A stretch of DNA of 64,000 nt from Amoebidium appalachense (GCA_963693365.1 CAVNZM010000010.1:8371794-8435793); one strand, 5' to 3'. Counted from the first letter of the stretch, positions 40,313 through 61,748 are shown. A program made the numbers and translations. The notes: a model not told the origin generated them from the sequence alone.

Positions 40313-41342
40313 GAGAGGGGGGAGTTAGGATGCGTTACAGAGTGCATAGTACATATTCATGAAGGACGGCGCAATGCGGAGTGCAAACCACACATAAACC
40401 GTATGCAAGATAGGGAGTCATGCCACCACCACCACGCCCCCCTCCTCTCTCTTTTCGTTTAGGCCATATACATCCCAAGGGACGACCCCCCCCCCCCCCC
40501 CCTCCCCCCCCCCTCCACCCCCCCCCCCCCCCCCCCTCTCCCTCTTGCCCCACACCTTTTGTTCCATGATATCTCCGCCCATTCTAATATCCGTTCATTT
40601 CCGGTCCCTCATTTACCTCCACCCACACCACCACCAATCTTTCCCATGAAATCAGCTCCAACCATGATTCTAGTGACAGCCCCCCCCCCCCCCCCCCCCC
40701 CCCCTCCCTCTCCACGGGGGCACACCCGCCCGTGGGGGGAAGTGTGAATTTGCAAGAGTTCTTTGTGACGACCTTATCATAAAAACACACAAGCAGAAGC
40801 AATGCAGCAAACAGAGGGGGGCAAGCAAGCAAATGGAAGGGCTAAAGGGGAGCCAGGGGAGCCTACACTCGACGATGCCAGCAGCAATCTCGGCACCGAT
40901 GCCGCACTGGTGCCAGCCGGACTCAACAGTGACACAGCGGTGGGTTTTCTTGACCGACGCAATGACCGTGTCCATGTCCAGTGGCCGCAGCGACCGCAGG
41001 TTAATCACCTGCATGCACACAGCCTCAGCACAAAAAAAAGGATGCCACTCTCACTGTAATGAAATGACTTGGGCGTCCATGATCCCCCCTCCCCCCCCCC
41101 CAGGCAGTCTTCATCCTACCCCCAACGTTTTTCTTTTGAGTACGACTGCACACACAAACAAGCCCAGGAGTTGCTTGCCGTCCCAGTGCCCCTGTAGTCT
41201 TCATGCTGGCTAAACCGCCTATTCATTCCCACCGTCCACTACTCTCCAACCCAGCCCAGCCCACCGCCCCCATGCCTCAACCAACTACCATGAACGGCTG
41301 CTACACCAACATGCGTTCCCTTTTCTCTTTAATCCACACATA

Positions 41343-41373
<31 letters not shown>

Positions 41374-41402
41374 CGGGGGGGCTCGTTTTGAAGCAGTACC
41401 CC

Positions 41403-41433
<31 letters not shown>

Positions 41434-42536
41434 AAAAACAAACAAAAAAAAAACACACCTCACAGTTGATGCCCTCCTTAGCCATCTCAGCGGCAGCCTC
41501 CAAGCACTGGCCCACGGGCAGAGAGAAGCTGACAATCGTGCAGTCCGTGCCTGTGCTTGCAGTCAGCACCACACAGGCACGTACACACACACACACACAC
41601 ACAGACAGGCACGTACACACACACACACACACACAGACACACACCCACTCCATGACTGCACCCACACACACCCACTCCATGACTGCACACACGGACGCCC
41701 TGCCAGACACCCGAGCAGTCAACCCGAACTGATACGCACGGAGACAAAGGCCCAAGGCACATGGATGTGCTGCTAATTGGCTGAGATTTCTTACACGTAC
41801 GCATGCATTATGTATGGTCAGAGAGGCATGGGCCAGGGGGGAAACAAGGGGGGGTATGTGGCATGCAAAGTGCAGCAGGTGGTAGATAAACGGTGGCCAG
41901 TGGGAAGGGACAGGACACACGGTGACACACTTATCATGGGCATGTGGGCAGACTGTAGACACGAGCAACACTGGCACACTCAGTAGACCCTCATATGCCA
42001 CTGCTCACTCCATAGATCCCGGCGCAATGTGCGTGCGTGTTTGTATGTGTGGCCGGGAGAGGGGGGGGGGGGGGGAGGGGGGAGGAAGGAGAGGAGGAAT
42101 TAATGTATTAATGTGTGGATGTGCGTGTGTGGTGGTAGTGGGACTTCTAGTTCTGTGATTCCTTGAGAAGGGGGGGAAGGGGTTGGGGGGTAGGGAGGTT
42201 GGGGTGGGGGGGGAGAATGGGGACGCACCTTCCCGCTCGATCTTTGCCTTGCCGATGGGCAGCACAAAGTCTGGGGAGGAGAACTCTTGGGGCACGGGGA
42301 AGGACACACCGTACATCAGCTCGTTCTCGAGGAACACCTGTGCGTGCCCAACGTCAGCACACAACCACTGCTGCCCAACACCCACCAACACTGACGTCGT
42401 GGTCCCCCCCCCCCGCCTCCCCCCCCCCCCTCACCCCATCAAAAAAAAAAAAGGGAAAAAAAAGAGAAAAAAATCCACATGAATACACATGCACCTGCGT
42501 GGGCACACACGCAAACGCCCACACACCATGCAACAG

Positions 42537-42572
<36 letters not shown>

Positions 42573-42697
42573 ATATATATAAATATATATATATGGCCCA
42601 TCGATTCCTTCCACCTTTTCCCAACAACGATTATCGTTTACTCCTACTTCTGATCATCGGATGAAGCTCAAGGCCAAACTGCAAATTCTTGCCTGAA

Positions 42698-42736
<39 letters not shown>

Positions 42737-44321
42737 CTTTCTTTCCCAACCGTCCAACAACTTGAGCAATAAGTGTATGTCCTCCCCCTCCCCCCCCCCA
42801 AACCACCACCACCACCACACACAGCGCAGTACATTGAGGATGAATGGATATGCTTCCGGCTGATCTAATCGTCTAAAAGGGGCCAATCAAAATATTCTAA
42901 TATCTACGGAGGACACAGGTTGACATGACACATCTCTAAACACCAGTAGACCCATAGGGCAGCTCAAAGCCGCAGCCCACCAGCAAGTAAAATATGGTTT
43001 TTTAGTGGCCTAAAACTATCTTGCGATGCTCGTGCTGCCTCGCCTAACTAGCCAATTGAATCAGCCGAAGGTCAAAAGCATGCCCCCTCGATCAATTTGG
43101 TCATATCAAGCAAGCACTTGGCTTCATACTTTGATACCTTGCCAAAAATCATGAATGAAAACGAACCGAATGATAGAAAGCTGGCGGCTGAGCCCAGTAA
43201 TATCCAGAAGCACCTCTCAGTGCTGCATGTTTGGTGCCTGGCCATATCTCGGCTTGATTGGCTGCACTCTGCTGAATCTAATGATGACCACGTGATACAC
43301 AGCCATCCTGCCTTCTGCATTCGTCACAGCTGCAAAGACCCTCCAGTTCCCCCCCTCCCCCCCCCCAAACACACACAGCACTCACCACTGGGTCGGGGTC
43401 ACGGATTGCGGCCTTGAGCAGGCCCTTTGCGTCCTCTGAGTTCCACGGCGACAGAACCTGCACCACCAATCAGCTGCCTTCCCCCCACAGTGAACTGCCC
43501 TCCTCCCCCCCCCCCCCCCCCCTCTTCTCCCCCTCTATAGACACACACGCAGGCGCACAAACCCACCACCATTTCTATCAGTTTTTGATTCCCCCCCCCC
43601 CCCCCCCCCCCCCCCCTCACCCGTGACCGGCAAATGTTGCCACTCCAAAAAAATCCTTTCCATCAAGCACAGCTCAGCACACCAGCTTTAACCCTGACAT
43701 GCACGTGCACACCAAGGGATGGCCACGTCTTCCCTTCCCCTCCCCCCTCCCCCCTCCCCAGACACATACACACCAACCATGCACCAACATGTTATGACTC
43801 CCACGTGGCATATTGAACACACACTACTGTTTTGCACTCACCTTCAGGCCCGGCACGTGGGAGTACCAGGCAGCATAGCACTGGGAGTGCTGGGCACCCA
43901 CACCGGCTGCAGCCCCGTTGGGCCCACGGAACACAATGGGTACCCTCACGCGGCCACCAGACATGTAGTGGCCCTTGGCTGCCGAGTTGAGGATCTGTGC
44001 ACGTGCATGTTAGCAATCCCATGTGTGCCTAGAGGGGCTAAACATGATCATGACATGCTTGCTGTGGTGTTTGGGATTACTGCCCTGATGTGTTTGTGAG
44101 TCATAGGTCGTGTAGTTTGTAAACACAGACATCTCTGCCATAGTAAGTATACTCAAAGAAGACACGAAGTTGTCAGGCGGAAACACAGTATAGCATGTTC
44201 CGGTGCTTGACTCTCATTCGTTTGCATCACACAAGCAGGTGCATGGGTGGATCGATATCGGGGCTTGAGGAAAATATTTGGCCAGACACTGAAACTCTAT
44301 GGCGGATAAACTACATGTCCA

Positions 44322-44370
<49 letters not shown>

Positions 44371-46094
44371 TCCGTGGGGCTTGAATACACGTTACACAGA
44401 GGTAAAAAGGGGCTGTGAAAGACAAGAGCAAGAGAGAGGGGGGGGGGGGGGGGGGTTTGAAGAGAAAGAGAAAAAGACAGGCAGGAAGGCAGAATGCCGC
44501 TATAATTGGCTCATGTGTAACCTTTTCATGGAGTAGGTTGACTGGAAGTTGGTGTCTGTGGGTGTTGGCAGTGTGTGTGCGTACGTGGGTGTCTGTAGAT
44601 ATGTAATGGTGTGTTCCTGTGCGTGTGCGCGTGCGCGAAAACGTGGGTGTGTGCTCGTATATGTTGATTTGTGTTTGTGTGCGTGTGCATATGCGCGTGC
44701 GCTTGTCTATCACAGTGGGCGAGACACGAGGGCTGAACTCACAAGCAAGTTGCTTGACCATGTGTTGCAGTGAGTTTGTGCTCGAGTACATCCTTTCTTA
44801 TCACAGTTGGCAGATATGAGCAGAGGGAGGGGGGGGGGGGGGGGGGGGGAGGGGAGGAGGGGGAAGGGTAATGGTGGTAGAGAGGGAGGGGGGGGGGGGG
44901 GGGGGGGGGGGGGGCGGCTATGGTTTTTACGATAGAGTTCATCAAAAGCTACAAAACAAAAAAGAGGGGTGACCGCAGCTCTCGTATTCCTTGGTCCTAG
45001 AAACACATCCTAATGAGACATAGCCCCACACAAACATCCATGCAGGAGTAAAGACAGCACGTACATGGTCGATAGACTGCATGGCAAAGTTGAAGGTCAT
45101 GAACTCGCAGATGGGCTTGACCCCGGCAAAGGCTGCACCGACGGCAATACCCGTAAAGCCCATCTCCGTGATGGGGGTGTCGACGACTCGCTTAGGCCCA
45201 AACTCGTCCAGAAGACCCCTAGTCACCTGCATGCCCCCAGTCAGACCAATGCCCCTGCAGTGTGTCCAGTCCCGAACCCTTCCACCCTCTATCACACAGA
45301 CCGGAAAGTGCAGCGAAAGCGAGGCCCCCCTTTTCATCCCCTATACTCACGATCGTCACAAATCATTCCTGTTAATCTAATGCGCTCCAATTTATCTTAA
45401 TTCTGCGTACTGCGTGCCCCCCCTCCCCCCCTCCCCCCAAACACCCCTCAGTGAAACCCATCCAGATCCTGTCTGTATACAAGAGGTACAAGATTGCTTC
45501 TGCCCAGTGCACAATCTTGCAGTCACCCTACCGCCCACACTATATGTTACTGCTGGTCCCATGCAGCATGCATAAGTCACACACCTTGTAGGCACCGTTG
45601 TACTGGCCCACCTCCTCACCGAGAATGAACACGTCCGGGTCCCTCCTCATCTCCTCCCGCATGGCCTCGTTCAGTGCATCACGGACTGTGATCTGAAAAC
45701 GTAGTCGTATGTCAGAAGTGGGCACAGGCGATATTCATTCGTGCACACAAGGCCTTTGAGGGAAAAACAAAGCACACAGTACAAGCAAACAATAGCTAGA
45801 AACCTCTTTGACATAGTGACCGCATGGCAAGACGAAAATAATCAAAGGGGAGTGTGGGTTGTGTGGGGACGAAAGTGTTAAAGGGTGCAGGCCACACACT
45901 CACAAGGGAAAACACACTGCAGAAGTTGCCCGAGCACACACAGACAGTATGCATCACAGGCAGGCGAGAGGCGGAGAGGTGGAAGGAGGGGGGGGAGAAG
46001 AGAAAAGTGAAACCAGCCACCAACCAGCACACAAGCATACAAGAAAGGGCGGCCTTCACCTGGATGAGGTGCTATGAGCACGTGGTGTATGCAT

Positions 46095-46126
<32 letters not shown>

Positions 46127-47412
46127 AGGGGAGGAGGGGGCTAAGAATGCGATAACCGTGTGACATATCGATAGGGTAGGCAGTCGGTAGACGATGGTAA
46201 ACGACACGGGAGATAAAGATACCCTCAGAAGAAACGGCCCAGAATATAGAAAGGCATGCAACGAAAGAGTGCCCGAAACAAGCAGAACCCATCTTTTGAA
46301 GGCGGCTAAGTTATCCACCGTGTTCGACGTGGCAAGCGGGGGGACGGGGAGGGTCCGAAAAGGCAGGGGGTGAAGAATAAATGTCATATAGAGAGGAGGG
46401 GGAGGGGGGGGGAGGGGGGAGGGGGAGGACAAAGGGAAGGGGAGTGATGCGAGGTGAAATTGAGGGGCTTTGGGGTGTATATTTGGGAAAACAAAAGCTA
46501 CGAGATGGTTGTTGGAGGGGAAGGCCTTTGTTCCGCTCCCAAACCGAGATTGGCATAAGGAGGGGGGGGGGGGGGGGGGGGGGAAGCAAGAAAGGAGTGG
46601 CAATTGAGTAAAAAGAAAGGCAGAAGAAGCAGACATTCCTGCCACACAGTCTCAATCTCTCACACTGCCTTTGCCACCACTTCTATACAACATCCATCTC
46701 GTTCTTTTGTAGGGCCAAGCTTCTACACAGCCCTCCCATATACCAGTGCCGCATTTAAGGAAAGCAAGCCACCCCCCCCCCCCCCCCCCCCTTGAACAAT
46801 CCTGCCCCTCACCTCATTGGCGGGGGTGGAATATGAGCGAGCTGCCTGCACGGCCCTGACGACTGCTGGACGGGCTGCAGCTGCCAGGCCAGTCTGCAGT
46901 GGCTGATGTTAAAAAGGAAACACAGGAACACTGCTCGACTGATACCACCATTCGAGCACAATATACAACCTTACCAGAAGCTTTATAGGGTGTCCTATCA
47001 CCTGTACGTTTTTGCTTTTGTGCGCATTTTTTTTTTTTGGTCTACCCATTCACCCTTTGTTTGACTATACCACAGATCTATGAACCTAATGTCTGTGTCC
47101 AACGAGTGGGAGAAACTCATCACACAACAGGCCACTACCAGAGCAAGGAAAGCACCAGGTCATCACGCAGCAGCGCATTGGAATTCACGCCAAAGTGTTT
47201 TGTGATGGAACAAAAGAGCTTAAATATACTGTCATTTTCCCTGTTCATTTTAAGTTTCTATCAATTGCACAGTCCTTTCTCTTTCTCTCTCCCTCGCACT
47301 CTTTTCCAGGTCCTTGCAGCCATTGGAAAGCTATCGCGCTTGATGATAAGCCGATGAGTGCGTAAGAAAAAACGTATACCTGGCTGAGAGCGCGGGTAGC
47401 TTGCCGAAGCAT
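40107..47412 (-). CDS. PDHB: Pyruvate dehydrogenase E1 beta subunit, mitochondrial, about 10 exons
   Basis: Transit peptide exons [11 protein letters not shown] (47380-47412) and [23 protein letters not shown]. Core exons: [11 protein letters not shown]...[22 protein letters not shown]...[71 protein letters not shown]...DVPLPYA...LKK* (TAG 40107-40109). Confidence 0.96.
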
Positions 47413-48420
47413 GATGCTGGTTATAAAACAGTCTCAAAGTCTGCAAACTTAGAAAAGAAGAGATGCCTTTGTTGCACAGCTCCGAGCAAACCCTCACGTT
47501 TCTACTCTTGAGTCGCCTTGACTCCAAAAAAGCTTCACGGTTTGCTAGCCACAGCCCGAGATCCGAGTGACTTTTTCTGTTGTCGTTCGGGCGGCTCAAT
47601 AGAAGACTATTTTTAAAACTTTAACCTCGTTTTGATTGGTTTGACATTGTTTACTAGTGCGTAAAATCGAATGATTGGCCGATCTGCATTCTTTGTCACG
47701 AGCATCACGTTGTAGGAACAAAGTTTTGCCCATTTATGGCAGGTCCACAAGTCAAAGAACGGACAGAAAGAACGGATATATGAGGTTTGTCCCAGCTTTG
47801 GTGCAACTTTATTTGGGGTTCAAATCATTTTGCTGTTTTTTTACGCTAACTCTAATGGAATCTTTATTTTACAAACTCCTTATAATTATATAATACCCGA
47901 GGCTAGGCATGCATAAGGCTTTCTGGCCGCTACATATTGTGGCTTTGAAACACATGTACATGTGGCTTGTGCGGGGGTGTGACTGTACGGCTGGTTTACG
48001 GTCCTGAGTCACAAACGATTCGGTTCTTTATTTTGGCCCGAACCAGCCCATCGGTTTCTTTGTGAGCCGACCCGTTTCCGGGATCCCCAGACTGATAACA
48101 CAACCGTTTAGACGCGACGCTTTTCACCTCAGCCTTCAGAGTTACAAATAGTTAGCCCTCTGTTCCTAAATGTTTGCGTCTGTTGCGATTCAATAGGCGT
48201 GTAAATCCTTAGCGTGTTGATTGTATAGAGGAGAAACACCAGATAAATTAAGGTGAGTGCAGCAGCTCGTTGCAGGGTTGTACCTGTTATTGGATCTTTG
48301 TGAGCACAGTGCCTACAATAGAGCCTACAATTGTGTTGTTTTCTAAGCTGTCTAGCTGACAACTTCCCCAATATTCCTTAATAAGCTCATCTCCGCAGGC
48401 TTTTGCAGCAGTTTTACACC
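47413..48420. promoter_or_regulatory. Probable divergent promoter between PDHB (-) and the LIM gene (+)
   Basis: 1-kb microsatellite-free interval between head-to-head ATGs, with TGATTGG (CCAAT) motifs near 47633 and 47672. Confidence 0.45.
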
Positions 48421-49337
48421 ATGGCGTCTCGAGGCAAGTGTCGGCACTGCGGCAAGACTGTCTACCAGCTGGAGTGTGTCACCGTTGGCCCCCCCAACAA
48501 GGAGCAGGTGGCACACAAGGTATGGGGCAAGATGCAAGCAACGTCTCAGTTCTCCTACGCTAGGTTTAAGAAGTTGCGAAGTTCATATTCTTGAGATCTA
48601 TGCCTTTTCATGGCTTATGGAGAAATAAAAAGGCATGGGAGCAAGAGTGGCGCTTGTTCTCGGCACTGTATTTTGAATAGGTAGGTTGTGGGGGTTTGGT
48701 GCGTGGTTTTCAGACACTGCCAGATTTTATTGAAAACAAACTTTCTAATAAAATAGAGCAACAGATATACAAATATCTCTTTCTGAAATGAGCCAAGTCA
48801 TAGCTGCTGAAGTGTAAAATGGTATGGCAAGGATTTTTTCGGCTTTGGCTGAGCAAGAAAAGGGTTATGTGTGCAACGGCAAGAGACGTGGAACACAGGT
48901 CCAGTAGAACGGTGATTGTTTTTCGATGGGCACTGAATGGCTGGGGAACTCTTCGTACGGGTGGTGATGTAAGAGAATGCAAGTGTAGTGTGTGAAAGGG
49001 GCGCTGTTTTCAACGAGACAACACGTTCGGTCCTCGATATTGGGAAGGGGTAGTAGTAGTTTGTGGGCCGGCACTAGTTTTTTTGGGCTCCTTACTTGTT
49101 CATTTATTCATTCATTGCCGTGTCCGTGCCTTTGCGTTTTCCCAGGCGTGTCTCAAATGTGACCAACCCGAGTGCACCTGGAAGCTCAACGCCGGCAACT
49201 ACACCTTCTGTGACGATAAGGTGGGCTGGTCTGGCTGGGCTGGGGTTATGGGTGTAGAGGCAGTGGGTGGACAGGGGGTGGGGGGGGGGGGGTAGGTGTG
49301 TGATAGTTCTGACGGGGTTTTTTCCCTTTTTTTCCCC

Positions 49338-49373
<36 letters not shown>

Positions 49374-49640
49374 GGGGGGGGGGGGGGGGGGAGGGAGGGA
49401 GGGGGTAGTGGGGAAAAAAAGGGAGAGGTGGGAGGAGAGGGGGGGGGGGGATCCTTCCCTTTTTTCGATCTGTTTTTGTTTCTTTATTTCCTTCTTCTTT
49501 CTTTTTTTCTGAATCTCTTTCTTTCCTTCCTTTTCTGCTTCGTTTTCTAGTGGAAGTAGGGAGGAGAGGGGTGGGGGTTTGGGGAGGGGGGGGGGGGGGG
49601 GTTCTCTCCTGCTGCCTCGTTCTTTCTTTCTTTCTTTCTT

Positions 49641-49739
<99 letters not shown>

Positions 49740-50257
49740 GAAGGGGGGAGGGGGGGGAAAGGGTTGGTTGGTGTTGATATAGGTGGCGATGTCCCCCCCC
49801 CCCCCCCCTCTCTCCGTCTCTACCTTTCCCCCCCCCCCCTCCCCCCCTCCCCCCCCCCCCCCCCCCCCCCCCGCAACCCCCGCCTCCTCCTCTCTCCCTC
49901 TTCCCCCCCACCGTCTCTCTTGCTCTCTTGCTCTCTCTCGACTTTTTTTTTTGTTTCTTTTTCCGGCCTTCTTTCTTTTTTTCTTTTCTTTCCGTTTTCC
50001 TTTTTGTATAGCTGGGGGGGGGGGGGGGGGGGGGGGGGGGGGAAGAATAGGTGATGATGTTAAGGTAGTGGTGTCGGTGAGGGGAAAGGGAGGGGGGGGG
50101 AAGTTTGGTGGTGGTTGTGAGTCAACCTTGGTTAACTTTGAATGCACTAGAGAGTACAAATTGAACAGTGATTAACCTTTGTGTGTGGTTGTCATGCGCG
50201 CACGAAGTGTCGTGTGTGTGCGTGTCTGTGGGTGGGTGGGGGTGTGGTTGGGGTGGG

Positions 50258-50292
<35 letters not shown>

Positions 50293-50930
50293 GGTGGTGG
50301 TGGTGGGGGGGGGGGGGGGGGGGGGGGGGGGGGAAGGGCAGGTCTCCATGTTTTGGCTAGTCCAATTCCTGCTGGGTCAGTGTGTTAACATGAGGACATG
50401 GACGTAAATCAGAGAGGGTATATGATGGTTTATGGTGGTGGTGGTGGTGTGTGTGTGTGTGTGTGTGTGTAAGGGAGATGTGTGTGGGTGTATGTAAGGG
50501 AGGTTTGTGTATGTGTGTGTGTAAGGGAGTTATGGGTGGGTGTGTGGGTGGGTGTGTGGGTGTGCGGGGGTGGGTGGGTGGGTGGGTGGGTGGATGGTGT
50601 GTTTGAAGAGGAGGGGGGGAGGGGGGGTTAAACATTTCCAGCAACGTACGTGGTTTCAGGTGGTGTTTCAAGGTGCGGTAACAGGACATTAATATGATGT
50701 CAAAATGCACATCCCCGAAAATTTCTGGAAATGTGGTTGTCTTTGCCTACATATCATCAGGTTACCTCCCAAGTTTTTAGACAGTGCAATATGAAGGGAT
50801 TAATGTTGTGCAGTCAAGGAGTGCCGGCTCCATATCTAACCACAAGTTGTGCACGCTGCAGGTTTACTGCAAGGCCCACAACCCCATGTCCGGTGCCTCC
50901 TATGGCGGCCATGTTCGGCCCACTGGCTAG
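48421..50930 (+). CDS. Small single-LIM-domain protein (80 aa, CRIP-like), 3 exons
   Basis: Exons 48421-48519, 49146-49220 and 50862-50930 give MASRGKCRHCGKTVYQLECVTVGPPNKEQVAHKACLKCDQPECTWKLNAGNYTFCDDKVYCKAHNPMSGASYGGHVRPTG*, with eight zinc ligands in LIM order. Confidence 0.88.
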
Positions 50931-51492
50931 CACCAGAAGGTTCGGGTCTCATGGCTGAAAAGCCGTGGAGGTATGGGGGGTTTTTAAAGGATGTGTGTAC
51001 ACCTGGTTTATCTAGATAGATGTATACAGATATGCATCGTTTGTATGCCGGTCACAAGGCGTAGTAAGAGTTGTGTGACGTTTTTTTCTGGAAGCTTGTC
51101 GCCGAAAATGGGCCATGGGGTTCGTTATTGATATGATCTCTTTAGCAAAATAGAATAGAAATAGACATAACAGGCATAGTGCTGGCAACTGTGCCAAAAT
51201 AAATTCCATTCGTCAGAAACTGCATGCGGTGAGTGAAACCAATATAACGACATGCACATCACTTGCCACTCATCACAAGACCCAGTACATCTGTGCTTCA
51301 GTTTCGTATGATGAACACTTGTTTCTTTTTTTTTTTTGTGCCCACGTAACAACATAGGCCTGGTTTCACCGCGTGACATTCAAATTCGAATATTCACGCT
51401 CGGAAGGAGCTTAGTATATGTACAGGGGTCCTGTGGGCGACCTGATCGATCCCCCCGCTCCCCCCCCCCCCCCCCCCCCCCACACACTAATG

Positions 51493-51553
<61 letters not shown>

Positions 51554-51763
51554 GTCCCGGCCCCGGCAGACACCCACACACACATGATATGCAAACCGTT
51601 CTCCGAGGCTCGTGCACCCTGGCCCACCTTTAAATTTCCAACTTTTCGGTTTATTTTATAAATTTTAAATCATGGCCAAACACCCATAACCACACACACA
51701 CACACACGTACTGTACAGTGTGTCACAACGCCCGCGCACACACGCACACACAGAGGCACACAC

Positions 51764-51830
<67 letters not shown>

Positions 51831-52079
51831 TGTACACAAACACACACACACACACATACACACAGTACACGTGTACACAGCCACTGGCATGTGTACACAC
51901 GTCACACGCACACGCACACAAACATAAACCCACGCACACGCGCACACAGACACACAGACACACACGCACATACACGCACACGCACACACACATGCGCGAG
52001 CACACACACAAACACAAGCACACACCCACACACACATACGCACAGACACACACGCACATACACGCACACACACGCACAT

Positions 52080-52117
<38 letters not shown>

Positions 52118-52415
52118 CGTCACACGCACACAAACACACGTGTACACAGAGCCCGGAGCTGGCTTCTCCGGGGTGCCTCTTAGATCCCGCCATTTTTTTC
52201 GCGGGGTTGCCTAATCTAGAAATGTAGGAGCCAAATAAGGCTTCTTCATCTTTTTTCTTTTTTGGCGCTGGGCCAGCTGACAGTAAGTGTACACTCGTGA
52301 CTAGCTCTCGCAGTCGATCTGTGGCACTCGAGCTCAAGGCCTCCTAGATAAACGTGCCACTTCAAGTCGGTGCCCGTGCCTGCTTAGCAACTCTCTACAC
52401 AGCAACAGGGAAAGA

Positions 52416-58571
<6,156 letters not shown>

Positions 58572-58655
58572 GGGGGGTAGGAGGACGGCTGTCTGGACAT
58601 ATCCTTGGGCAGTTTTGGAGTCGTGTAGGGTGTTTTGTGCCTCGAGTAGTGGCGG

Positions 58656-58692
<37 letters not shown>

Positions 58693-59429
58693 GGTATTAG
58701 GCATTAGATGTGTGTTTACATACTATAGTAATGAATTCGTGCCTGCACATAAGAATCGTAGACATGAACCGTGTTTCTAGACAATTAAGTGGCATGGTAT
58801 ACTATTAATAGGTGCTTTTCTGACTTGAACTGTTTCGTAAACCCCTTTAAGTTAGTTAGTCGTGTAAGACTAATTGCTCTATAATGAGTAAAAATAATAT
58901 TTGAGCTGCCCCGCTGATGACACAATGACACACCCGCACACGTTGTCAAATTGCTATTCGATAATTCATTAATCATGAGACGTGGAAGTCAAAAACGGCA
59001 TCAATTCACTCCGTAGTGGGCCTTTGCCTAATGATAATTGTTCCTTTTCAAATCCCCACCCCCTTGACCTAATATTAGCTAAGATTTTTCTATGAAGCGA
59101 TCGTGAATGAATGATCCAGAGGCTAAGCCCGTCCTCCCCCCCCCCCCTCCCCCCCTGAATCCCCCACTTTGAGCACCCTAACGTTCAACTTGCCGAGTAT
59201 CCGGGAACGTTCCCATGTTCCCTGAGGGCCTCTGCAACTAAACCTTGCATTCTCCTGGCTGCGGACCACATGCCCCATCCTTACTGCTCTGAATCCACAT
59301 GCATACCCCTTCCGCATAATATGCATAACCCCCTCCCCCCTCCCCCCTCCCCCTCTATCCCCCCCCCCCCCCCTCCCCCTCTATCCCCCCCCCCCCCCCC
59401 CCCCCCGGCCCCTCCCCCCGGCCCCCCCC

Positions 59430-59431
59430 CC

Positions 59432-59468
<37 letters not shown>

Positions 59469-59514
59469 AGATCTCTAGATCTCTAGATCTCTAGATCTCT
59501 CTCTCTCTCTCTCT

Positions 59515-59571
<57 letters not shown>

Positions 59572-59602
59572 GATTCTCTCTCTCTCTCTGTCTCTCTCTG
59601 TC
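59430..59602. repeat. (CT)n tract interrupted by tandem AGATCTCT units
   Basis: ctctctagatctctagatctctagatctctagatctctc... Confidence 0.8.
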
Positions 59603-60980
59603 TCCCCCCCCCCCCCCCCCCCCCCCCCCCCCACCCCCTTCCCCGCTCTTCTACCGTGCTGTACTAGTAGAGCTCCCACCACAAAATTTTAGCGTGTGAT
59701 CCCGGCAAACCCATGATTTCGGTGAGCCTCGCAATTATCTGCAGCACTTCAAGAAAATATATATATTAGTTCACTGGCCACGTTCGTGCAACAGTACTTA
59801 CTGCCTCAATGTTCTTCTGCAGCAAATGGGTTGCATGCGCAAAGTTTAGAAGTCTTCACTGATCGAATGCACGACGTTCGGGAGCCAGAAGATTGGGCGG
59901 GGAAGCCCTTGAAGGGGGAAGGGGGATGGGGGGGGGGGGGGGGGGGGGGGGGAACTCCCTGGGTCTCGGGTGGAGCTAGGAGTTCGTGAAAGAGAGGTGG
60001 CGCAGGCCACATTCCATGCCCTTATCACATCTATTTCGCTACATACCTGGTAATAGTTTTCGAGTTCGATACCCACCTGGATGTTGCCTATTTTTTTTTA
60101 GGGCTAAGGCCCCCTAGAGATCTTTCTTTTTTCAAATAGATAGATAGTTTATTTGGTCATGTGCAGAATAATAATAATAAACAATCATGCATGTATATAT
60201 ATATATGCGCTCACAGCATGCACTGCTGGCCCTCACTGAACGTTAACACCATTATCAGTCAATTTAAAAGTTGGAATGCACAAATTGATTCATCAGTTTT
60301 AAAAATTTACAGCGGACATGCAACGAACGTACCGATTTGTGAGCTTCGTAATCACATGGTGTACGTGCACCGCGCATGCACGCGCTCGAAGGTGCTCGAA
60401 ACTGCATCGGCTGCAAAGGAGTGTGTGGCATGCCGTTCAGACGACCGTTTATTTTCGGGTGTGGCACTGCGGCCACCGCGTTGCAGTCCCGGATCAATTA
60501 AAAACCACCACGTGCAAACAACCTGGCAAGGCAGTTGATCATGAAGGCACAGACACAGGCTATTGAAGTTTGCTGAAGGGTACAATAGCACAAATACCAT
60601 ACGATTGCCTGTTGGGTGTTTTCAAGTCACCAGCAACTGCTGCATACCTCAGCTGATAAAGTTTTATCAGGTATGCATTTCACATTCCCTCCAAAGAATC
60701 AGCCAATCGGAATTCGGTTAGAGAATTGGAGGAAGCTCACGCGGCGCTCCGCCCAATTTGCCAAATACCCTGTAAGATACAGGCTGCCGAATACCTTCAA
60801 GGGCCCGTCAGCACTGGGGGCGTCAGCCTCTGATCTTTGAGCCTTGCGCGGGGCACAAGTGCACTCGAGTCAATGTCAGTGACATGACCATTGGCAATTT
60901 CTGCTGACGACTCGTCGACAGACTGCATGGGAGGAGGAGGAGGAGGGGAAGGGGGGCGGGCGGGCGGGGCGGGGGGGGGG

Positions 60981-61037
<57 letters not shown>

Positions 61038-61224
61038 GCTCGAGAAACCGAGGGCTCCTGATTGAGGTCCCTGTCACACGTGTGTGGGCCACGGTACGTC
61101 AGCAGAAATCAGCCTCAATATTACATGTCGGCCAAGTGCATTCTCTCCGGCCAGTAACTGTACTCAGGCACAATCCCACTCCCCTCAAACTCCTCTTCTC
61201 TCTCTCTAGTTCTAGAGCTCTCTC

Positions 61225-61255
<31 letters not shown>

Positions 61256-61294
61256 CTCTCCCCTCCCCCCCCCCCCCCCCCCCCCCCCGCCCCC

Positions 61295-61453
<159 letters not shown>

Positions 61454-61748
61454 CTCCCCCCCCCCCCCCCCCCCAGGTATCAAAATCCCTCCTCGCCGTA
61501 CCTATGCCCCCCGACCCCAAGTCCTCGAAGTCTCTCCCCCCTCCCCCCACCCGCCTTTCCCCCGACAATATGGTCTTCCTAGGCTTCGGACCGCTCCAAC
61601 GCACGCACACCACTATCACACATTACATACAATTCGATCTCCCTTCCCGGCCCTCCACCTCTTCATCCCACCCTCCCTCCCCCCTCTCTCTCACTCTCAC
61701 ACTCGCTCTCGCTCGGCTCTCATCTTTATCTCGCTCACCTAGCTCTTG

